From assembly GCA_963678065.2 (NCBI GenBank), contig CAXXVZ010000003.1, positions 2,240,001 to 2,304,000 of the forward strand: a stretch of 64,000 nucleotides of DNA. Direction: 5' to 3'. The notes below the pieces were generated by a model. That model saw only the letters and a list, made by a program, of their open reading frames with translations, was not told where the DNA came from and did no database searches. The stretch is from Treponemataceae bacterium. Lineage in GTDB: Bacteria > Spirochaetota > Spirochaetia > Treponematales > Rectinemataceae. Position numbers and translations under genes: made by a program. Numbering within the stretch: position 1 is the first letter of the stretch; each line of letters begins with the position of its first letter. Below are positions 18,929 through 28,187 of the stretch, piece by piece.

Positions 18929-20181
18929 CAGCGAAGACCCGTTTAAAGGACTTTCTTGCCCGCAACACCAGCATGACGGCCATGCTCGTCATGGTCATCT
19001 TCGTCGGCATGGGGGAGAAGATGGCCGAGCGCTTTCTCCCCCTCTACCTCATAGCCCTCGGCGGATCGACCTGGTCGGTAGGCTTTCTCAACGCCATGGA
19101 CAATCTGCTCGGAGCCCTCTACTCCGTGCCCGGCGGCTATCTCGCCGACAGGATAGGCTACAAGCGATCGCTCCAGCTCTTCACCCTCGTCGCCATGGCC
19201 GGCTACACCATCGTCATCCTGATACCGGCCTGGCAGGCCGTCCTCATCGGAGCCGTCTTCTTCATCTCCTGGACGGCGGTTTCCCTTCCCGCGATCATGA
19301 GCCTCGTCTCAAAGGCCGTACCCAAGGAGCGCAGGACACTCGGCGTCTCCATCCATTCCTTCGTCAAGCGCATACCCATGTCTCTGGGGCCGATCGTCGG
19401 CGGCATCCTCATCGGAGCATTCGGCAAGGTCAGGGGTGTGAAGATAGCCTTCTCGGTCGCCTTCGCCATGGGCCTCCTCTCTCTCTACATCGTCGAGCGC
19501 TACATGACGGTAGACAAGCCCGCCGCGAAGGCCGGCGATCAGGCGCGAAAACCTTCCATTTCAGACTGGAAGGGGCTCTTCAGCGCAGACTTGCGAAGCC
19601 TCCTCGCGAGCGACATCCTCATCCGCTTCGCGGAGCAGATACCCTACGCCTTCGTCGTTATCTGGGCGGTGAGCAACAACGGCCTCTCTCCTCTCCAGTT
19701 CGGCCTCCTGACCACGATAGAGATGGTCACCGCGATGCTCGTCTACATCCCTGTAGCCTGGATGGCGGACAAATACGGCAAAAAGCGCTTCGTCCTCATC
19801 ACTTTCTGCTTCTTTACGGTCTTCCCTCTCATCCTTCTCGTGTCGCACTCGTTCTGGATGTTCGTGCTCGCCTTCATCATCAGGGGGCTCAAGGAATTCG
19901 GAGAGCCGACCCGGAAGGCCCTCATCATGGATCTCGCGCCCGAGGACGCGAAGGCGCGGACCTTCGGCGCCTACTACCTCATCAGGGACGTCATCGTCTC
20001 GATCGCCGCCCTCTCCAGCGCGTGGCTCTGGAACATCTCGCCCGCGGCCAATTTCCTCACTGCCTTCGGTTTCGGAGTCCTGGGAACGGTACAGTTCGCC
20101 ATCTTCGGCAGGGATATACATACGAACGCCGCGGGCCGCCACGATCCGGGTCAGACTTCCCGGAGCAATCCCACTCAGTGA
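18925..20181 (+). CDS. MFS transporter
   Basis: About 12 TM segments; GYLADRIGYKR and ADKYGKKR motif A copies. Confidence 0.9.
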   Translation: MTAKTRLKDFLARNTSMTAMLVMVIFVGMGEKMAERFLPLYLIALGGSTWSVGFLNAMDNLLGALYSVPGGYLADRIGYKRSLQLFTLVAMAGYTIVILIPAWQAVLIGAVFFISWTAVSLPAIMSLVSKAVPKERRTLGVSIHSFVKRIPMSLGPIVGGILIGAFGKVRGVKIAFSVAFAMGLLSLYIVERYMTVDKPAAKAGDQARKPSISDWKGLFSADLRSLLASDILIRFAEQIPYAFVVIWAVSNNGLSPLQFGLLTTIEMVTAMLVYIPVAWMADKYGKKRFVLITFCFFTVFPLILLVSHSFWMFVLAFIIRGLKEFGEPTRKALIMDLAPEDAKARTFGAYYLIRDVIVSIAALSSAWLWNISPAANFLTAFGFGVLGTVQFAIFGRDIHTNAAGRHDPGQTSRSNPTQ

Positions 20182-20233
20182 GAAAGGCGCACGGCATCGT
20201 CCCGCCGCGATTGGCAGGACGGCCGCCCGCGCC

Positions 20234-21955
20234 CTACTTCCTCAGCAGTTTGCGCTCCCCGTCGGGGAGATCCAGCGCCAGGGTACCGCCCGGGTTCATG
20301 ATGTCGTGCGGGTCGAAGTGGCGCTTCAGGGCCCGCAGGACGGCCATCGCCTCGGGGCCGATGTCGCCCTCGAGCCAGGGGGCGGTCATCTTGCCGATGC
20401 CGTGGTGGTGGCTCATCGTTGCGCCGTACCTCTGGATGTTGTCGAGGATGCCGCCCTGGTAGGCGAGGTATTCCTCCGGCGTATTCATCTTGGCGATGAA
20501 GATAAAGTAGAGGTTGCAGCCCTGCGGGTAGAAGTGAGACATGTGGGTCATGCAGATCGTGCCGGGCCGTGAGTGGCAGTACGCGCGGACCCCGGTGTGG
20601 ACTTCCTCGAGATTGGTCCAGTTCACCGAGCACTCCAGGGTGTCGATCATGATGCCATAGTCCTGGAGGTCTTCGCGCATGTAGGGGTCGCGAAAGCGCC
20701 CGTGCTCCCAGGCACGCTGGACGAAGCCCGTGGTAGACATGGCGCCGTGGCGCGCACATATCCGTTTCACCATACGGGCGACGTGCCGCGAGAAGCCCGC
20801 CTCGCCGTCGGCCGTGCCGAGCATGAGACAGCGCTCGCCCTTTTTGAAGCCGCGGGCGGTCATGAGAGTGTCGATCACCGTCCCCTCGACGCCGTAAAGC
20901 TTGAGCGCCAGATCGGATTCCTCGGGGTCGGAGAGCCGGAAGACTGAAGGGTACCCGAACTCGCCCTGCATGATCTCGCGGGCCGCCTCCTTGGCGTCCT
21001 CCCAGTTCCTGAAGATGAAGGAGTAGCGGCGGGTGTTCAGAGGCTCGTAGTGTTTCACCTTGAGGGTGGCCGCGTAGAGGATGCCGAAAGTCCCTTCGGC
21101 GCCCATCATGAGCTGGTCCATGTCGGGGCCGTCGGCGGCGGCGGGGTAGTCGCCCGTGCGGAGGTCAAAGGAGGGGCAGACATAGTCCTGGGCGATGACG
21201 ATGTCCTCGATCTTTCCGTAGTACGTCGAGTTCTGGCCAGCGCCGCGCGTGACCACCCAGCCGCCGACCACGCTGTACTCGAAGCTCTGCGGCAGGTGCC
21301 CACAGGTGTAGGCCCGCGCGGCCTTGAGCGTCTCCGGAGCGCCGCGCAGCACGCGCTCGAGCTCGGGGCCGCTCATGCCAGCCTCGACCGTGATGGTGTG
21401 GTTCTTCTCGTCGAAGGAGAGCACCTTGTTGAGGTGGACCCGCATATCGAGCGTGACGCCGCCCTTCACCGCCTCGACGCCGCGCGTGACGGAGGAGCCG
21501 CCGCCGTAGACGTAAACGGAGATCAGGTTCGAGTCGCAGTAGTCCACGATCGCGCGGAGCTCGACCCTGGTCCTGGGATGGAGGACGAGGTCGGGAATGT
21601 TCTCCACGATCCCTTTCCTGAGACGCATGAGATCGATCATCGTCTTTCCGTAGGCGACCTGGAGTCGGTGATAGGCGTCCGTGAAAGCGTTGCCCTCCCC
21701 GACTATGGCGGAGAGCGCCTCGACGTGGCGTCCGTCGAGGTGGCAGGGGATCTCCTTTGGCACCGTCTCCATGCCCATCTCCTGTCTCTCGGCGAAATAG
21801 GAGTCGTCGAGACCGAAGACGCGCTTCATCTCGCGGTAAAGGCGTTTGTTGGGGTGCTTGTACTCCTTGGGGTCTCCCCACTTGAGGATGGAGCGGAAGC
21901 TTTTCGCGGGGAGATCACCTTCGAACCACGCGGGGACGAATTCGTTCTTTGCCAT
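20234..21955 (-). CDS. FAD-binding oxidoreductase, alkyl-DHAP synthase (AGPS)-like
   Basis: GGGSSVT, GHLPQSFEYS.VGGW, GAEGTFGI, SHHHGIGK, MNPG. Confidence 0.85.
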   Translation of the reverse strand: MAKNEFVPAWFEGDLPAKSFRSILKWGDPKEYKHPNKRLYREMKRVFGLDDSYFAERQEMGMETVPKEIPCHLDGRHVEALSAIVGEGNAFTDAYHRLQVAYGKTMIDLMRLRKGIVENIPDLVLHPRTRVELRAIVDYCDSNLISVYVYGGGSSVTRGVEAVKGGVTLDMRVHLNKVLSFDEKNHTITVEAGMSGPELERVLRGAPETLKAARAYTCGHLPQSFEYSVVGGWVVTRGAGQNSTYYGKIEDIVIAQDYVCPSFDLRTGDYPAAADGPDMDQLMMGAEGTFGILYAATLKVKHYEPLNTRRYSFIFRNWEDAKEAAREIMQGEFGYPSVFRLSDPEESDLALKLYGVEGTVIDTLMTARGFKKGERCLMLGTADGEAGFSRHVARMVKRICARHGAMSTTGFVQRAWEHGRFRDPYMREDLQDYGIMIDTLECSVNWTNLEEVHTGVRAYCHSRPGTICMTHMSHFYPQGCNLYFIFIAKMNTPEEYLAYQGGILDNIQRYGATMSHHHGIGKMTAPWLEGDIGPEAMAVLRALKRHFDPHDIMNPGGTLALDLPDGERKLLRK

Positions 21956-22017
21956 GATCTTCTCCTTGATCCCGAAGTGGGTTTCATATCCCGCAGCTCG
22001 CTGCGAAGATTGTGATT

Positions 22018-23580
22018 TCAGCCGTGCCCGGGGCGCTCCGGGTAGTTGGTGATGTCGCGTATCGCCTCGTAGAGGGGCGCGAGGGCCGTGTACATCTTCC
22101 TGTAGACCCGGTGGTAGAGCTCGCCGTAGAGTTCGGCCTTCGCAGGATCGGGCTCGAAGGTCGTGGATCTCGCCGACATGGCCTTGACCGCGTCATCGAC
22201 TGAGGCGTACATGCCGAGACCCGCCGCTGCGACCATGGCCGCCCCGAGGCCGCCCGTCTCGTAGGTCTCGCCCCTGACGAGGGGGAGGTTGAAGACATCG
22301 GCGGTGATGCGGCAGATCTCTTCGCTCTGGCTCGCGCCGCCCGAGACGGCAAGCTCCGACACCTTCACCTTTCCCGCCTTCTCGATCGCGTGGAGGCCGT
22401 CCTTCAGTCCGAACGCGAGTCCCTCGATGATCGCCCGGTAGAGGTGCGCGCGGTCGTGGACGTCGCCGAAGCCTATGATCGCGCCTTTGGCCGAGGGCAT
22501 CTTGAGCATGGGCGTCCAGTAGGGCTGCATGACGAGGCCGTGGCCGCCCGCGGGGGTCTTTCTCAGGAGTTCGTTGAGCATGACCTCGGGCACGATGCCG
22601 CGCTCTTGCGCCTCGAGGACTTCCTCGTACGCGAACTGGTTCTTGAACCAGGTGATCATCCAGTACCCCCGGAATATTTCGACCTCGGGGTTGAAGGCTC
22701 CGGGGATCGGCGCGGGGTAGGCGGGCATGAAGGGGATGGGCTCGAAGTACCGGGAGCTGGTGGTCTGGATCGTCGCCGTAGTCCCGAAGGACAAGGAGGC
22801 CATCGCGCTATCGCGGACCCCCATGCCGATGGTCTCGCATCCCTTGTCCGAACCGGCTGCGACGACGGGAATACCTTTCCGGAGCCCTGTCTCCGCGGCG
22901 GCCTGCGCTGTGAGGTGCCCGAGAACGGTACCCGGGACGACGAGTTCGCACAACTTCTCCGCGGGCACAGGAAAGAGCCTGGCGTTGAGAGCGCCGGCCC
23001 CGCACCATTCCTGTCTTCTGTAATCGAAGGGCATGTGGCCTATCTGCGAGGCCGCTGAATCGGCGAAGCGCCCCGTAAGTTTGTGATTCAGGTAACCCGA
23101 AACCTGGGCGAACTTGGCGGTGCGCTCCCAGATGTCGGGCTCGCGCTCCATGATCCAGTTGCACTTCCCCTCTTCCTGTATCCTGATCACCGCCTCGCCC
23201 ATGCCCACGAGGGCGAGCATTGCCCTCATGGCGGGTCCGGGCCTGAATCTCGGGGCCGCCTTGCGCAGGTCGAGCCAGAGGATGGCCGGGCGGAGCGGCT
23301 CCCCTTCTGCGTCGAGGCAGATCATAGTGTCCCGCTGCGTGGTCACGCCGATGCCCGCGACGGCCGCCGCCAGCTCCGGCCGCCTGGCGGCGAGATCGCG
23401 GCAGGCGGCCGCGGCGGCGTTCCAGTACACGCGCGCATCCTGTTCGGCCCTGCCGGGTTCGCCCGCAGTGTACGGCTCGTACTCTACCTTCTTCTTGTCG
23501 AGGAGACGTCCGTCCCTGTCGAATATGAGAGCCCTGGTGCTCTGGGTCCCGCAATCTATGCTCAGTATGAGTGATTCCAC
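22018..23580 (-). CDS. FGGY-family carbohydrate kinase
   Basis: IDCGTQS, TTQRDT, SFGTTA, VSGGASQS; start adjusted to GTG 23580. Confidence 0.88.
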   Translation of the reverse strand: MESLILSIDCGTQSTRALIFDRDGRLLDKKKVEYEPYTAGEPGRAEQDARVYWNAAAAACRDLAARRPELAAAVAGIGVTTQRDTMICLDAEGEPLRPAILWLDLRKAAPRFRPGPAMRAMLALVGMGEAVIRIQEEGKCNWIMEREPDIWERTAKFAQVSGYLNHKLTGRFADSAASQIGHMPFDYRRQEWCGAGALNARLFPVPAEKLCELVVPGTVLGHLTAQAAAETGLRKGIPVVAAGSDKGCETIGMGVRDSAMASLSFGTTATIQTTSSRYFEPIPFMPAYPAPIPGAFNPEVEIFRGYWMITWFKNQFAYEEVLEAQERGIVPEVMLNELLRKTPAGGHGLVMQPYWTPMLKMPSAKGAIIGFGDVHDRAHLYRAIIEGLAFGLKDGLHAIEKAGKVKVSELAVSGGASQSEEICRITADVFNLPLVRGETYETGGLGAAMVAAAGLGMYASVDDAVKAMSARSTTFEPDPAKAELYGELYHRVYRKMYTALAPLYEAIRDITNYPERPGHG

Positions 23581-23621
23581 GCCTGCATCCTTTCTAACCG
23601 GCGCATGCGCCGCATCCTGTC

Positions 23622-24065
23622 TTAAACATCGAGATCGTCGGTGGCGACGACCTCGACGCCGAGTCCCAGAAAGTCCCTCGCGAGAACTTCGCCGCACGTG
23701 ACCGGGCGCGTCACCACCAAGGAATCCAGAACCCTCGCGGCCTCTCTGAGGCGGCCGAGGGGAATCTCGCCCGAACTGCGCACCGGCAGGCGCCGCCGCG
23801 AGAACCCTTCGACCCGCACTGTGCTCGTGAGGCTCCTCCGGGGGTCGAGGACTTCGCCGCGGCCGTAGACTTCGCCCCGTTTGCAGGCGTTGCCGCGCAC
23901 CGCGACGACCGAGAGCGCTCCGACGCCGGATGACGCACCAGCCGCAGAGCCAGCTTCAGCGTCGCCTGCGCGCAGGTCGGCTCCGGCGGAGATCATCGCG
24001 ACGTCGACCTCGAGTGCGCAGCCGCGGGGGCAGACGATGCAGACGAATTTGCGCGTTTCAGACAC
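23622..24065 (-). CDS. DUF1667 family small CxxC protein
   Basis: CIVCPRGC, GNACKRG, PRRSLTSTV; GTG start at 24065. Confidence 0.82.
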   Translation of the reverse strand: MSETRKFVCIVCPRGCALEVDVAMISAGADLRAGDAEAGSAAGASSGVGALSVVAVRGNACKRGEVYGRGEVLDPRRSLTSTVRVEGFSRRRLPVRSSGEIPLGRLREAARVLDSLVVTRPVTCGEVLARDFLGLGVEVVATDDLDV

Positions 24066-25374
24066 GGCTGCCCTCCTTTCGCTCCATTTCGAGGAAGACC
24101 GAGTCGGCGTCCGGGGGAATCGCCGCAAGATCGATTTCCACTCTTTCCATCTCGGGCGGGCGCAGCGCCGCATAGCGCTTGTCGAGAACGGTGGCATCCC
24201 CCGCCCGCGCCGTCACGCGGACTCCGTCCTTGATTGTGGAGTTCGAGCGGAAATAGACGACTGCCGGCCCGGGGCGGGAGAGATCGAGCGACTGGGGCAC
24301 TGCGTAGAGGAAACCCGGCCCGGTCTTGAGCGGAATGGTCCGCCGCCCGGCACCGCGCCCACGGTTTGATTCCAGTCCGAGAGCAAATTCCGCCGCGGCG
24401 CGGCCCGCAGTCTCGCCCGACTCAGAGACATAATCGACGAGATCGTTCACGTGGAGCGCGTTACCGCACACGAAGACGCCGTCGACCGCGCTCGCCCCGC
24501 TCTGGTCCACGCGGGGGCCGCGGGTGGAGAGGTCGAGGGCGAGGCCGAGGGACTGCGCTATCTCGTTCTCGGGAATGAGGCCCACGGAGAGGATGAGGGT
24601 GTCGCAGGGCACCCTGCGCTCCGTCCCGGCCCGGACCTGCCCCCGGCTGTCGACAAAGGCCACGGTGACTGCCTCGACGCGGCGCTGGCCGTGGACCTCG
24701 GTCACCGTCGTGGAGAGGTGGAGCGGAATGCCGAAGTCTTCGAGGCACTGCCGCAGATTGCGCGAGAGCCCCGAAGGCTCGCCCTTTATCTCGTACACCC
24801 CCTCGATCTCCATGCCTTCGAGCGTCAGGCGCCTGGCCATGATGAGGCCGATGTCGCCCGAGCCGAGCACGACGGCTCTGTGGCCGGGGAGGAGTCCCTC
24901 GATGTTCACGAGGTGCTGGGCGAGCCCCGCAGTCAGGATACCCGCGGGGCGGTCGCCATGGATGAAGGCCTGCCTGTCCGTGCGCTCGCGGCAGCCCGTG
25001 GCCAGGACGAGGGCCCGGGCGGCCGCCTCGTAGACGCCTCTCTCCTTACTCACACACTCGAGGACGAAGCGCGTGCGCCCGCTCGCCACCTCCGTCTTCC
25101 TGACTCGGTGGACAAAGGTTTTCAGGTGGACTTCCATCGGGGTTTTCGCCACGAGTTCGATGAATCGCCGCGCATATTCGGGGCCCGCGAGCTGCTCGCC
25201 GAAGCGGACAAGGCCGAAGCCGTCGTGGACGCACTGTTTGAGGATGCCACCGAGGCGCTCCTCGCGCTCGACGAGACCCACCTTCGCGCCCTCCCCGTAG
25301 GCGGCGACCGCGGCGGCGAGACCCGCCGGTCCGCCCCCGAGCACGATCACGTCGTAATCGCTGCGCGGTATCAT
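24058..25374 (-). CDS. FAD-dependent pyridine nucleotide-disulfide oxidoreductase
   Basis: GGGPAG, GGILKQCVHDGFG, ATGCRER, GSGDIGLIMARR. Confidence 0.88.
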   Translation of the reverse strand: MIPRSDYDVIVLGGGPAGLAAAVAAYGEGAKVGLVEREERLGGILKQCVHDGFGLVRFGEQLAGPEYARRFIELVAKTPMEVHLKTFVHRVRKTEVASGRTRFVLECVSKERGVYEAAARALVLATGCRERTDRQAFIHGDRPAGILTAGLAQHLVNIEGLLPGHRAVVLGSGDIGLIMARRLTLEGMEIEGVYEIKGEPSGLSRNLRQCLEDFGIPLHLSTTVTEVHGQRRVEAVTVAFVDSRGQVRAGTERRVPCDTLILSVGLIPENEIAQSLGLALDLSTRGPRVDQSGASAVDGVFVCGNALHVNDLVDYVSESGETAGRAAAEFALGLESNRGRGAGRRTIPLKTGPGFLYAVPQSLDLSRPGPAVVYFRSNSTIKDGVRVTARAGDATVLDKRYAALRPPEMERVEIDLAAIPPDADSVFLEMERKEGSRV

Positions 25375-27161
25375 GCCCCGCCTCCTTCCGCTCCCGCCCC
25401 TCGTCGGCCATCTGCGACTTCTATCCCGCCAGGGATCGCATGCGCAACCCTGCTCTTCGTCTCGCCGAGCACGATACGTGATCCCGCCCCCTTCTTCGTG
25501 ACTTCGTCGAGGCCGATCCCGAGTTCGTCGGCCACTATCTCCATCACGCGGGGCGTGCAGAATCCGCCGTGGCAGCGGCCCATGCCCGAGCGGGTGCGTC
25601 GCTTGACCGCATCGAGGTTCCGGGCAGGAACCGCCGAGCGGAGCGCGTCCCGGATCTCGCCCTCAGAGACCTCCTCGCAGCGACACACGATGCGGCCGTA
25701 CGAGGGGTTCTTCGCGATGGCGCGCGCTCTCTCCTCCAAGGGAAGGCGCTTGAGTTCGATGGGGGCGTCGCGGACCGCGGTGAAGGACTCGTTGGGCAAC
25801 ACCTTCTTGGTCTCTTCGAGAATTTCGACCGCGAGGCGCGCGACTTCGGCCGCGATGGCCGGGGCCGAGGCGAGGCCGGGCGACTGGATGCCCGCCGCGT
25901 GCACGAGGTTCGCGACTCTGGCCGAGCGCTCGACGACGAAGTCTTCCTCGTAGGTGCAGGGGCGGACGCCAGCGAAGTAGGTGATGGCCATCGACGGCGA
26001 GAGTCGCCTGTTGATGCGGAAGTGCTTCTCGAGTTCCCTGAGCTCGGCGGGATGAGTGTCGTAGGCCTCGCGGCCCGGGGCTTCGGAGGCAGTGGGCCCC
26101 ACGAGTATGTTGCCCTCGACAGTCTTCACGAGGCCGCCCCCCTTGGTCCTGGCCTTGGACTGCGTCAGGGCGGGCATGCCGAGGATGTGGTTCTGAAGCC
26201 TGCCAGTGGTCTCGTCGAGGATCATGTCGACCCCGCGGCGCTGGTGGAGGCTGAAGAAACGGTCGTCAGCCCAAGACGCCACGACATCGGCCCAGTTGCC
26301 CGCGGCGTTCACGACTGCGCCGACGCGGAAATCGCCTTGCGTCGAGAGGACACGCACGACGCGCCCATGCTCGCGCTCGAAGCCAGTCGCGCAGGCGTTG
26401 AGGACGATGCGTGCGCCGTTTATCGCGGCGCTCTCTGCGAGGGCTGCCGTAGCCTTGTAGGGGGAAATAATGCCCGCGCTCGGGAGGAAGAAGCCGCCCT
26501 TCTGGTCTCCTGTGATGTTGGGTTCCTCAGCGCGGAGACGCCGGGGACTCCAGTACTCCCAGCCGTCGACGCCGTTCTTCTTCGCCCGCGCGGCGAGCAC
26601 CGGGTAGAGGGCGGCCACCGCCGCGCTGCGGAAGACAATGAGAGAGCCAGGCCGCTCAAAATCCAGGCCGAGTTCGCGGGCGAGCGGCTCCCAGAGCCTG
26701 TTTCCGAGGACATTGTACTTCGCCTTGAGCGTCCCCGGCTTGGCGGCGAAGCCGTCGTGGATCATGCCGTCGTTCCGGCTCGACGTGTGGACAGCGACAT
26801 CCTCCTCTTTCTCGAGGAGAACCGTCGAGATCCGCCACGTGGCGAGTTCGCGGGCAATGGCGCAGCCGATCACGCCTCCCCCCACGATGGCGACATCGAA
26901 GCAGCCTCCCTCGAGGGGCCTGTCCCCCGTCGTCGGGTCGGAGGGGGCCGGCGCCTCGCGCCCTGCCCACTCGAGTCCCTTCACCGCGATATCGTTGACG
27001 ACGCCCTTGAACCCGGCTCCTGCGGCGTACCAGCCGAGCTCCATCTTCTCCTGCCAGGAATCCGCCCGGCCTTCGAGCACTATGCTCCCTCGGTCCTCCC
27101 TGGCGTCGACCGCGTCGCCGGCCCTCTTCCGCAAGCCCTTTCTGAGCTTTTCGAGGCTCAC
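25371..27161 (-). CDS. GlpA/LhgO-like FAD dehydrogenase with C-terminal BFD-type [2Fe-2S] domain and N-terminal BON-like domain
   Basis: GGGVIG, SPGLASAPA, CRCE...GRCHGGFC. Confidence 0.85.
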   Translation of the reverse strand: MSLEKLRKGLRKRAGDAVDAREDRGSIVLEGRADSWQEKMELGWYAAGAGFKGVVNDIAVKGLEWAGREAPAPSDPTTGDRPLEGGCFDVAIVGGGVIGCAIARELATWRISTVLLEKEEDVAVHTSSRNDGMIHDGFAAKPGTLKAKYNVLGNRLWEPLARELGLDFERPGSLIVFRSAAVAALYPVLAARAKKNGVDGWEYWSPRRLRAEEPNITGDQKGGFFLPSAGIISPYKATAALAESAAINGARIVLNACATGFEREHGRVVRVLSTQGDFRVGAVVNAAGNWADVVASWADDRFFSLHQRRGVDMILDETTGRLQNHILGMPALTQSKARTKGGGLVKTVEGNILVGPTASEAPGREAYDTHPAELRELEKHFRINRRLSPSMAITYFAGVRPCTYEEDFVVERSARVANLVHAAGIQSPGLASAPAIAAEVARLAVEILEETKKVLPNESFTAVRDAPIELKRLPLEERARAIAKNPSYGRIVCRCEEVSEGEIRDALRSAVPARNLDAVKRRTRSGMGRCHGGFCTPRVMEIVADELGIGLDEVTKKGAGSRIVLGETKSRVAHAIPGGIEVADGRRGAGAEGGGA

Positions 27162-27925
27162 CGCGACGCCTCCCCCTGTTCCGCGACGGCGCCCAGTATG
27201 CGCCGCAGGTTCTTTTCCCCGTACTCGAGGATGCTTCGCATCGTGTCCGCCGCTTTTTTCTCCCTGCGCGCCGCGATCGCGGACGCGAGCTCCCTGTGGA
27301 GGCGGAAAACCTCGGGGACGACGGAGGGATCCGTGTAGAAGCGGTCGAGTATCTTCTCGTATATCCGCTTCATCGAATTCATGATGAGGGGATACATGTC
27401 ATTGCCCGAGGCTATGGCAACCGCGAGGTGGAAATCGTAGTCGAGCGCCGTCACATCGTGCGGCTCCCGGTACTCCAGAAGCCGTTCCCTCGCCACGATC
27501 CGCTCCAACTCCTCCACGCGCTCGTCGGTGCGCCTCGTGGCCGCAAGCCTCGCGGTCTCCGTCTCGAAGAGGATGCGCAGCTCGAGGATGCTGTCGAAAA
27601 AGTGAGGGGATATCTCGCCCCCCGAGTAGCTCATGAGCGAGAGGAGCATCTCGACCGAGCCCTCGCGCCGCCAGTCCGCAACGAAGACACCGCGTCTGCT
27701 CTCTATATGCACGAGACCCCGGCCGGCGAGTTCGCCGAGGGCCGCGTGAACCACCGGCCTGGAAGCCTGGAGGGACTCGGCGAGTTCCCGTTCGGGGGGG
27801 AGCCTCTCGCCCGGAGAGAATCGGCCCGAGAGGATGAGCTCCTCGAAGCGGGCGATGAAGTTCTCTTTTTTGCTCCGTGGCCTCGCGCCGCCGTCTGACT
27901 CGGAAACAGGCTGCTTTTCTTTCAT
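27158..27925 (-). CDS. GntR family (FadR subfamily) regulator
   Basis: PGERLPPERELA..L.ASR; FCD domain DYDFH. Confidence 0.92.
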   Translation of the reverse strand: MKEKQPVSESDGGARPRSKKENFIARFEELILSGRFSPGERLPPERELAESLQASRPVVHAALGELAGRGLVHIESRRGVFVADWRREGSVEMLLSLMSYSGGEISPHFFDSILELRILFETETARLAATRRTDERVEELERIVARERLLEYREPHDVTALDYDFHLAVAIASGNDMYPLIMNSMKRIYEKILDRFYTDPSVVPEVFRLHRELASAIAARREKKAADTMRSILEYGEKNLRRILGAVAEQGEASR

Positions 27926-27926
27926 C

Positions 27927-27958
27927 TGGTCAATCCAATAATTCTCGTGGTATTACCA
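27927..27958. promoter_or_regulatory. Two FadR-type operator boxes
   Basis: TGGTATTACCA (27948-27958, perfect palindrome) and TGGTCAATCCA (27927-27937), 21 bp apart, just upstream of the regulator. Confidence 0.7.
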
Positions 27959-28187
27959 GAGTAGTAAAGAGCCGTTTTTTGAAACTGTCAAGAAAATAGT
28001 GAGCCATCGTGATGAAGAAGTCGCCCTTCGCGAGAATCTGGTACACCTTGTGCCCCGCGTCGGTCATCGCTCGTGAATTCTCCTTGACAAGGGATGATCC
28101 GATCCTCCGTCTTTCCATTGGTTTAGTGTCAAGGATCCATGAAAAAAGGGACAATCGCGCCCTCTCTGGATGAGTCCACTGTCGGGA

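Noticed and set aside
20182..20233. GC-rich intergenic hairpins (also near 10335-10380 and 17420-17460) as a REP family
   Set aside because: Shared identity is limited to about 11 bp in very GC-rich DNA, which is not enough to define a repeat
617..27898. Many long antisense or alternate-frame ORFs (e.g. 617-1999, 5434-6924, 15986-17527, 24451-25953, 25569-27338)
   Set aside because: They shadow well-supported genes in GC-rich, codon-biased DNA and have no recognisable motifs
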